Origin: an uncultured Gammaproteobacteria bacterium
Lineage (GTDB): Bacteria > Pseudomonadota > Gammaproteobacteria > CAMYKB01
DNA: 64,000 bases
Direction: 5' to 3'
NCBI GenBank assembly: GCA_947258875.1
Contig: CAMYKB010000015.1
Location: 6,607 to 70,606, forward strand
Both the position numbers and the translations under genes were made by a program. Below the pieces are notes generated by a model. That model saw only the letters and a program-made list of their open reading frames with translations. It did no database searches and had not been told where the DNA came from. This document shows, in pieces, positions 1-7,273 of this stretch. How positions within the stretch are numbered: the first letter of the stretch is position 1; each line of letters opens with the position of its first letter.

Positions 1-2
1 CC

Positions 3-152
3 CTAACGGCACACAGGCTGGAATGGTTCGATGTTGCACGCTCCATCAATGAGACACCACTAAGCGTCAATAATGGGGCAGTTATCGCTCACGACCTCCC
101 GGGTATCGGGCTTTCCTGGAATGAAAAGGCCATCGCAGAATATCTGATTTGA
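3..152 (+). CDS. 3' end of an enolase-superfamily (mandelate racemase/muconate-lactonizing-like) gene, partial
   Basis: Frame open from the window edge: ...LTAHRLEWFDVARSINETPLSVNNGAVIAHDLPGIGLSWNEKAIAEYLI*. The tail pattern P-G-(I/L)-G-(L/V)..(N/D)E.A...Y is recalled from MR/MLE C-terminal domains. Only 49 codons are visible. Confidence 0.35.
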   Translation, partial: LTAHRLEWFDVARSINETPLSVNNGAVIAHDLPGIGLSWNEKAIAEYLI

Positions 153-387
153 TCAGGCATTGTTTTCGTGGAGTGCTACGGCGTTACGCGCGGGATGACC
201 CACTATAGACTGGATGGTGATAGCCCAATAAATGATTCGTTAGAATAATGATAAAGGGCAATTGAGGCCAGTTGTGGAGAAAATACAATGAGCTTCTAGT
301 GGCCTAAATCAATATGGGTGGCTATTCTATAAAATAGAATCAGTAGCAGGAGTATCGTCCGTTAGGCGCCAATTGGTCAAAGCGAAT

Positions 388-858
388 ATGGAACGAGATA
401 AACAAATATCCCATGGCCACGAGCCTGGACATGATCTTCATTTAGAGCATGAAGATCCTACAATTCGTTTTTTGCATAAAATTATACGCCTGGCGGTTAA
501 AGTGCTTGCCGTACTTATGGTGCTTGTTATTGTGTGGGGAATTGGTGATGTTATTTATGTGTTATATCAACGCCTAGTAGAGCCGCCGTTTCTGCTGCTT
601 CAGATCAACGACATTCTGGCCACATTCGGTGCATTCCTTGCTGTGCTGATTGCAATCGAAATTTTTATTAATATAAGTATGTATCTGAGCGATAATGTCA
701 TTCCAGTGCGCCTGGTGATCGCTACAGCATTAATGGCTATTGCGCGAAAAGTTATTATATTTGATTACGAGACAATAACGCCTCCGTACATATACGGAAC
801 GGCTGCTGTGGTTATGGCGCTAGGCATTACGTATTGGCTTATTAGTAAACGAAGCTGA
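388..858 (+). CDS. psiE: PsiE-family phosphate-starvation-inducible membrane protein
   Basis: ORF 373-858, with ATG at 388 preferred over TTG at 373. About 4 hydrophobic helices. The stretch FLAVLIAIEIFINIS...VRLVIATALMAIARKVIIFD resembles the recalled E. coli PsiE core (YFEFIALIVKYF...YIGITAIVRLIIVD). Confidence 0.7.
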   Translation: MERDKQISHGHEPGHDLHLEHEDPTIRFLHKIIRLAVKVLAVLMVLVIVWGIGDVIYVLYQRLVEPPFLLLQINDILATFGAFLAVLIAIEIFINISMYLSDNVIPVRLVIATALMAIARKVIIFDYETITPPYIYGTAAVVMALGITYWLISKRS

Positions 859-888
859 ATCTCAAGGGATGGGTCATTGCAGCCCCAT

Positions 889-927
889 AAAGCACCTTCT
901 CTCCATAAAGGGGAGAAGGTGCTTTTG
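889..927. terminator. bidirectional rho-independent terminator between convergent psiE and the 957-2249 ORF
   Basis: Perfect 12-bp stem aagcaccttctc (890-901) / gagaaggtgctt (912-923), followed by TTTT. Confidence 0.7.
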
Positions 928-956
928 TAGAACAGCGCTGGATCTGATGCTATTGA

Positions 957-2249
957 TTAATCCTCATCGGCCGTTTCTTCCTCTTTAACCGGGCAGCATC
1001 GATACTCCTGGGACTCAGGTAAGAACTCGATTTGTCGTTTCAGCAGTTCGTTTTGCAGCTTCTTGCGTTCCAGCTCCAGCTTGATGCTTTGTTGCAGCTC
1101 GGGTTCACAGGTTTCGCAGTCGTCGAGACATCCTTTCACCACAACACCGGGAGTGGGGATGCTGGTGCGTAAACTGAATTCAAGCTCCGCCCGTATCTTC
1201 TCGCTGACCTGGCCTTTTGTATCCAGTACGCCTTGCTTGACCAGGTCTTCGCGCACTGCGGCTTCCGCTTTTGCCCGGGTAGCATTATCAATGGGTTCCT
1301 GGCGAGGGCGGGTGAAGACCGCACTGCTAAGACCTGCAGTGGAAATACCCGTTAACACGGGCGGTGCAAGCTCGACAGTACGATTTGCAGTAGTCACCGC
1401 AACGAGTTTATCCGAAGTCGCGAGAACGCCAGCGGGCAGGGTAGTCAATGCGGTGTCATTGCGCACCGGGCGATTGACCACTGCACTGTCCCCGGCAGCA
1501 TCCAGAACCCGAGTGCGTATGGCCTGAATCGTAAGGGTGGTCGTTTGCTGTTTGTCGACCTGGTAAAACAGGTAGGTCACCGCGCGGCAGCGATTCGGAT
1601 TGGAAAACGTGCGGCTGGTGCTTTCAAGCTGGCTTTCGCTCTCGCCTTCGGCATGTTGGCGAGTCGACACTTCACCGATTGATACCGAGCTTGAGGCGCG
1701 GGTCATTTCCACCGAGCGATTGTGAGAGGACTCCGCATGCGCGCTTAGCTCACGTAGAAAGTCACTGGTGGACGAGGCATTATATTGTCCGGACACGCTG
1801 ACCGAAGGACCATTGACGATAGTGCCAAGTAGCCCGCTGGTGCCAGCACTGCTGGAAGCCGATCCCGAGGAGCTTGACGAAGATGAACGACTGTCGGAGG
1901 TATCCAGATCCGACATAAATTTGTCATAGCTATCCATATAAAATTGCTCTTCGGCCGCGCGTTCATGGCGGTAAGAGAGCTGCGATTCACTATCGAATGT
2001 AAATCGTGAGCGACGATCCAGTGTGAACAGTCGTACTTTTTCTTTGGGCAACAAGGTGGTGCTATAAACCAGGTTGCCGAGTTGAAGTGGCCCGGTACAG
2101 CGTTCAAGACGCACGTGAATTCCAAGTTCGACAGGGATGCGTTGGTTGTCGACGGAAGCGATGTGCGTGAGGCGATATATGAAATCCAGATAATCGCACT
2201 TCTTTCCATCAGGTAATTCGGGGCAACATGGGGTTTTAGTAGTAGCCAT
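957..2249 (-). CDS. hypothetical protein, 430 aa, Cys-capped termini with Ser/Thr-rich low-complexity centre
   Basis: Long uninterrupted ORF starting at ATG. N-terminus has PCCPELPDGKKCD. C-terminus has GCLDDCETCEPE, a heptad-like ELERKKLQNELLKRQIEF, then YRCCPV. The centre has SDSRSSSSSSSGSASSSAGTSG. I recognise no family signature. Confidence 0.6.
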   Translation of the reverse strand: MATTKTPCCPELPDGKKCDYLDFIYRLTHIASVDNQRIPVELGIHVRLERCTGPLQLGNLVYSTTLLPKEKVRLFTLDRRSRFTFDSESQLSYRHERAAEEQFYMDSYDKFMSDLDTSDSRSSSSSSSGSASSSAGTSGLLGTIVNGPSVSVSGQYNASSTSDFLRELSAHAESSHNRSVEMTRASSSVSIGEVSTRQHAEGESESQLESTSRTFSNPNRCRAVTYLFYQVDKQQTTTLTIQAIRTRVLDAAGDSAVVNRPVRNDTALTTLPAGVLATSDKLVAVTTANRTVELAPPVLTGISTAGLSSAVFTRPRQEPIDNATRAKAEAAVREDLVKQGVLDTKGQVSEKIRAELEFSLRTSIPTPGVVVKGCLDDCETCEPELQQSIKLELERKKLQNELLKRQIEFLPESQEYRCCPVKEEETADED

Positions 2250-2925
2250 AATTCTCTCCTTGAGTTACGGTACAGCAGTTCTTAAGTAGGTGGTGTTTGA
2301 TACAAAAATACTTCGCCAGCTTCTCTGGCTGATTAAGATTGCGCTCGGCGCAGTGTGATTAATAGAGAGAAATTACCAAATAAAATGTGACAAATTGACG
2401 AATGAGCGGAGTGCTTTGCGAGTACCGGTAATTCGCGAGAGGGGGGAACTCTATCTCCCTGACTATATAGTTACTTTGAATCCCTTAAAATATATCAGTA
2501 ATTGTTAGTGTCAGTAAGGTGATGGGTATAGACAGAATGCTGTTGGCCCTAAATAGTCAAAGCTGTTGATGATAGTGCACCAAACTGCGCAAAGTTGGGT
2601 TCATCAGGAATCAGGATAATATGGTCATGCTCAATGATGTTGAGCGTTTGCGGCGTTATGCTCAAGACTCAGCCTTATTGGAATTGGCTTTAACCATGTA
2701 AATATGCGGGCATTTTTGCGTCGATAATCTCCAGAAGTCCATGACTTAGATCAAGTGTCAGAAATGGCAGGCGATGACAAAGTGCGGTGTGAACGTAATT
2801 AGGGTGTAACTGAGTTCCAGCTCATCATTTTTTTTACCACGCCATAAAAAGCAATGGTATTATCCCGAGTTCATAATCATCTTAATACAGTTTTAGGTGT
2901 TCACTAGTTGAGAGAGGGCGTAATC

Positions 2926-3237
2926 ATGCTGAAACATATAATTGTCACAGGCGTAATAGGAAGTGTACTTGCAGTGAGCGGTATGGCACAGGCTGATGAC
3001 AAGGCAAAGAAAATCTATGACACTAAATGTATCGCTTGCCATGCGGCAGGGGTTGCCGGGGCGCCAAAACTGGATGACAAGGCGGCCTGGGCGCCACGTC
3101 TTGCAGGTGGTATCGACGCGCTTGTCGCTTCTGCCAAGAAGGGTAAAAATGCAATGCCGCCTATGGGTACCTGCATGGAATGCTCGGACGAAGAAATGCG
3201 TGCGGTTATTGAATATATGACGTCTGCTGTCAAATAG
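2926..3237 (+). CDS. cytochrome c5-type class I c-type cytochrome (periplasmic)
   Basis: Signal peptide MLKHIIVTGVIGSVLAVSGMAQA. Heme site CIACH. Distal MPPMG plus the CMECSDEEM Cys pair typical of cytochrome c5. GAGGG Shine-Dalgarno ahead of the ATG at 2926. Confidence 0.8.
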   Translation: MLKHIIVTGVIGSVLAVSGMAQADDKAKKIYDTKCIACHAAGVAGAPKLDDKAAWAPRLAGGIDALVASAKKGKNAMPPMGTCMECSDEEMRAVIEYMTSAVK

Positions 3238-3283
3238 CGCTTAGTTCGACAGGCTTGATTGAATAGTCTGGCGGAATAGACCA

Positions 3284-3322
3284 AAACCCGTTTCGAATTT
3301 CTTTTTCGGAGCGGGTTTTTTT
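3284..3322 (+). terminator. rho-independent terminator after the cytochrome c5 gene
   Basis: aacccgtttcgaa / ttcggagcgggtt stem (11 of 13 paired) followed by TTTTTT. Confidence 0.65.
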
Positions 3323-3581
3323 GTCAATACGTTAAATCTTGCTGATATTGGTTTTGGTTTACGCATGTAAGCCGGTGTAGATAAGCCGTATTGCCCACTC
3401 CACTATTGCTGTGCCTTGAGAGTAGACGGGCGCTGTATCTATTGTGTAATTTCCCCGTTGGGATAAAGTATGCCTGCATGTCCTGGATAGTATGTGCAGA
3501 TATCAGACTTATTTGAGACTCACACGGCACTATTTACAGTTGTGTGTTCACCTTACAAGTCCCGCAATGACGTAGCTTTCA

Positions 3582-4499
3582 ATGGATCATATGGGTAACC
3601 AGAAAAAGGCGTATTTATTTGCAGGCGCGGCAGTTCTGTTGTGGTCGACGGTCGCATCAGCATTCAAACTCGCGTTACGTGACCTTGAGCCTTTGTCGTT
3701 ATTGCTCTACGCGAGCCTGACTTCAACCCTATTTATGGGTTTGGTGTTGCTAGTCCAAGGGAAGCTGGGTCAGGCCTTCTCCTGTACGTCTCGTGAGTAC
3801 AGGGATTCGCTGATGCTTGGTGTCCTCAACCCTTTCTTGTATTACGCGGTGTTGTTTCAGGCCTATGACCTGTTGCCAGCACAGGTTGCTCAGCCGCTGA
3901 ATTACACCTGGGCGCTAACCCTGGCGTTATTATCGGTACCATTGTTGAAGCAAAAGCTGAGTGGTAGGCAGATCGTAGCCGGTTTGATCTGTTATGCAGG
4001 GGTTTGGGTGATCGCAAGCCAGGGTGATCTCCTGAGCTTGCGGTTTGTTAACCCTTTGGGGGTGGCGCTGGCGTTGGGTAGTACTGTGATCTGGGCCTTG
4101 TACTGGTTGATCAATGCACGGGATAGCAGGGATCCGGTGTTGTGCCTGTTTTTGAGCTTTGTCTTTGCGCTGCCATTGGTTTGTATTTCATGTTGGCTGT
4201 TTGCAGAGCTATCACTGCCATCGGGGCGCGGTTTGTTAGGCGCGATTTATGTGGGGCTTGTCGAGATGGGCCTTGCTTTTATTCTCTGGTTGAAGGCGTT
4301 GCGGCATGCAATTAATACTGCGCAGATCGCTAACCTGATATTTTTGTCGCCGTTTATTTCATTGTTCTTTATTAGTTATTTAGTGGGTGAGCCGATATTG
4401 ATGACTACGGTAATCGGGTTGATGATGATTACATCAGGTCTGTTATTGCAGCAATTGAAGTCAGGAAAAAATCCTGCGGATGCAAAAATACAGATGTAG
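3582..4499 (+). CDS. EamA/DMT-superfamily transporter
   Basis: 305 aa with about 10 hydrophobic helices arranged as two EamA-like halves (AGAAVLLWSTVASAFK... and ...ALGSTVIWALYW...). Confidence 0.65.
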   Translation: MDHMGNQKKAYLFAGAAVLLWSTVASAFKLALRDLEPLSLLLYASLTSTLFMGLVLLVQGKLGQAFSCTSREYRDSLMLGVLNPFLYYAVLFQAYDLLPAQVAQPLNYTWALTLALLSVPLLKQKLSGRQIVAGLICYAGVWVIASQGDLLSLRFVNPLGVALALGSTVIWALYWLINARDSRDPVLCLFLSFVFALPLVCISCWLFAELSLPSGRGLLGAIYVGLVEMGLAFILWLKALRHAINTAQIANLIFLSPFISLFFISYLVGEPILMTTVIGLMMITSGLLLQQLKSGKNPADAKIQM

Positions 4500-4579
4500 T
4501 ATTGTTATTAACGACGCATATCCAGGCATGTGTATGGTACTTACCAGAGCTTCATGAGCCGGCCCCTATCAGCCTGGAA

Positions 4580-5551
4580 TTAGTGTGCGCCAGGCTGATA
4601 GGGGCCGGTTTGGAAATCGTGGCCCGTATTGAATACATCGGAGCACATCGACACAACCTTACTGATGTCACGCTCGCTGTTTATCCGCATGCTGCCATTA
4701 TTCAATGCATTATTCAGACTCAACCAGACGAGCTGATAATTGTCGTAATACCAGTTACCCTTACTGCTGCGACGTGGTTTCATGCTGTCAAAATCACTTT
4801 GAGTAGGGTTGCGCGTGGCGACTCCATTGATATTCATCTGGTAATCAATTTCCTGTCCGATGGCCCTGGCAGCAGGCGTGGCGATACAAATTTCAAATAG
4901 ATTCGCCATTACCTCTTCGCTTAAATAGTTCGGCGCATTTTTCCTGTTTTTGGGTAGCGATAGCCAGGCATGTGCATGTTCATGGGATGCTGTTTGCAGT
5001 ATTTTGATAAGTGCATCATTTAGTATGGAGTCGTTGTCGGCCGCACCTGCCGGTAGTTTGTCGAAATAAAAACGAAACGGGAAATGTGTCGCGCTGAAGC
5101 GGTGTTCACTGGTTCGCAGTTTGCTGTCAGGTGGCACCAGATAGAGTTCAAGGTCCAGGGGTGGGGCGCTCTCGCCCAGGATGGTGCGCGCGGTCTCTCT
5201 GTAGACGCTGAATACCGCTTGCCATTTTTTTACTACAGCAATACGTGTGTCGCGCTGGTCTGCCGCCGACAGATAGTTTTCGGAATATATCGACCAGCGC
5301 CATTTACCGTGGCTTGTGTTGCTGATTTTAGTGTAATTGTCAGAGTCCGTTGTTTGTGATGTCTGTCCACTGAGCTGGCTGACGGTGATGTAATCATAAC
5401 CGAACAGGCTGGGCATGCGTGTCACGCCATAACTGTCGCCTGCATAGGTTTTGTTGTCGACAGGAGAATTAAATGAAGTATCGGCTGTGCTGCAAGCAAT
5501 ACCGGACAATATGCTGGCGCAAAAAATGAGAATGAATCTGATCGGGTTCAT
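4580..5551 (-). CDS. hypothetical lipoprotein with an HExxH motif (putative secreted metallopeptidase-like protein)
   Basis: Lipobox MNPIRFILIFCASILSGIAC|S. Single HEHAH (HExxH) in TASHEHAHAWLSL. No further family recognised. Start placed at Met7 of the listed ORF. Confidence 0.5.
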   Translation of the reverse strand: MNPIRFILIFCASILSGIACSTADTSFNSPVDNKTYAGDSYGVTRMPSLFGYDYITVSQLSGQTSQTTDSDNYTKISNTSHGKWRWSIYSENYLSAADQRDTRIAVVKKWQAVFSVYRETARTILGESAPPLDLELYLVPPDSKLRTSEHRFSATHFPFRFYFDKLPAGAADNDSILNDALIKILQTASHEHAHAWLSLPKNRKNAPNYLSEEVMANLFEICIATPAARAIGQEIDYQMNINGVATRNPTQSDFDSMKPRRSSKGNWYYDNYQLVWLSLNNALNNGSMRINSERDISKVVSMCSDVFNTGHDFQTGPYQPGAH

Positions 5552-5618
5552 GCCTGGATGCTGACGCAATGGGTGGACACTGCGTCAGGCCAACAGGGTA
5601 TCTGGTAGTGTGTTAGCT

Positions 5619-5915
5619 CTATGCCGGTGCGTAGGTGCAGCCATAACCGATTTTTCCAGAGTTATTCTGCTGATATATACGCGTAACGATTGCTGCTATG
5701 CCGGAAGTTTTGCGTTCTTTACTTGCGACGGGCATGGAAATGTAGATTTCATCACCTACCGAAAGAAAGCTCGAGGCCCAGAGCAACAAGCCAGTGCCGC
5801 TCATATTAGTAATCTTGCCGGTTATTACAGCGGGCCGGTTATTGGCGCTGCAGAGGACCTCAAAATTAACGGGCGTTCTGGTGTCAAATCGTTGCTCAAT
5901 GATTGATGTTTGCAT
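5619..5915 (-). CDS. PilZ-domain c-di-GMP receptor (single domain)
   Basis: 98 aa. QRFDTR (RxxxR-like) at the N-terminus and NMSGTG (D/NxSxxG) about 30 residues later, as in PilZ domains. Confidence 0.6.
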   Translation of the reverse strand: MQTSIIEQRFDTRTPVNFEVLCSANNRPAVITGKITNMSGTGLLLWASSFLSVGDEIYISMPVASKERKTSGIAAIVTRIYQQNNSGKIGYGCTYAPA

Positions 5916-6104
5916 AAAAGCTCCAATGCACTATTGCTGCGTGTTGTTAACATAGCTGTTTGTAGTCGACAATGCAGTGTTGGGATTCGCAGATTGATTA
6001 AAAAACTGTGTACATTTGTTAAGAATTGTCAACTCATGCCTGTATGGCCTATTTTTGCCGTGATCGTCGATACTCGACGCTAATATGAGTGTGTAGCAAT
6101 GGTT

Positions 6105-7244
6105 TTAGTCTTTTAGCTTGACAGCATCAAGTTGACTGGCGCGTACAATGCGATTTTTGCCGTTGCGCTTGGCTTCATATAGGGCGATGTCTGAATGCTC
6201 GATGAGCTTGTCGTTATATTCACGCGTGCTTGATGTGCCCAACTCAAACTGATTTGTTGCAATGCCTATGGATACTGTCACTTCCAGTATCTTGGTATCG
6301 CAAGGACAAAATTTATGTGCTTGAATCGCGCTTCTGATCCGTTCGGCAATTACCATCGCCATGGTTTCGTCGGCCTGTGTTAACAGCACTGCAAATTCCT
6401 CGCCGCCGAAACGGGCTACAATGTCTACGGTTCGTATTTGTTTACGAATAAGTGATGCTGTTGTATGCAGGACCTGGTCGCCGGCAGTGTGTCCATATTG
6501 ATCATTGACTTGTTTAAAGTTGTCGATGTCGATGAACAGCAGACATAATGGCGTGTTATCACGTTCGGCGCGTTCAACCTCTTCACGCAGGCGTTGATCA
6601 AAGAAGCGTCTATTGTTTACTCCTGTCAGCGCATCGGTGAGGCCTGCATGTTTGAGTGCTTCCTGGGCGATGGCGTTATCCAGGCATGTGCTGAGTACCG
6701 CCGCCATATGTTGCAGGAAGTCGGTGGCCATGTTCGTCTTGAAGCGATCCCTGTATGTGCTACCAAGGTTGAGACTGCCCCTCAATTTACCGTGATGCAT
6801 AAGCGGGAGAATTACCGCGCTGCCTAAAGGTCTGTATTGGGATGGAAACAGTGCGTCATGGTGAGCAGCCTGATACAGACCGATTTTCGGTTTCAGGGCG
6901 GTATTGAAAATTTTGGTTAGGTCTTTGAGGTCGGAGATAAAGATGAGTCCTTTTAGGTCTTCGGGACTGACTTCGATTAGCTCCAGTAGGTGTCGTATAC
7001 TGTAATCTGAATCGAGAAGAGTCATCGTAACCGCATCCCAGCCAAAATTCCTGTGGCTGTAGTGAATAAGCGTTTGCATGAGCTCCATGATCGTGCGACA
7101 ACTCAAGAGCCTCAACTCCAAAGCCTGGAAGCGGCGCAGAATATCTTCGTTCATGCGCGCATCCACCAACAATGCATTTAATTTGCGCCGCAGTACATCG
7201 ATTTCTTGTGGTGTGTCGTTGTCAGATGCAGCCATGATATTCAT
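6105..7244 (-). CDS. diguanylate cyclase, GAF/DUF484-like sensor plus GGDEF
   Basis: C-terminal GGDEF domain: TGVNNRRFF, FIDIDNFKQVND, RFGGEEFAVLL, ALYEAKRNGKNR. About 200-aa N-terminal sensor region. Confidence 0.8.
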   Translation of the reverse strand: MNIMAASDNDTPQEIDVLRRKLNALLVDARMNEDILRRFQALELRLLSCRTIMELMQTLIHYSHRNFGWDAVTMTLLDSDYSIRHLLELIEVSPEDLKGLIFISDLKDLTKIFNTALKPKIGLYQAAHHDALFPSQYRPLGSAVILPLMHHGKLRGSLNLGSTYRDRFKTNMATDFLQHMAAVLSTCLDNAIAQEALKHAGLTDALTGVNNRRFFDQRLREEVERAERDNTPLCLLFIDIDNFKQVNDQYGHTAGDQVLHTTASLIRKQIRTVDIVARFGGEEFAVLLTQADETMAMVIAERIRSAIQAHKFCPCDTKILEVTVSIGIATNQFELGTSSTREYNDKLIEHSDIALYEAKRNGKNRIVRASQLDAVKLKD

Positions 7245-7273
7245 GATCGCCGGTAGTTAAATATGCATAAATA

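Noticed and set aside
2752-2783. Minus-strand TTGTCAT..CTGCCAT..CTGACAC heptamers considered as a Pho box for the 957-2249 ORF or for cytochrome c5.
   Set aside because: The spacings are 10 and 9 bp rather than 11. The site is more than 500 nt from the minus-strand gene and in the wrong orientation for the plus-strand gene.
4502-4900. 132-aa + strand ORF following the EamA gene.
   Set aside because: It is antisense to the 3' part of the HExxH lipoprotein gene, which has a proper lipobox and start. It has no motifs of its own.
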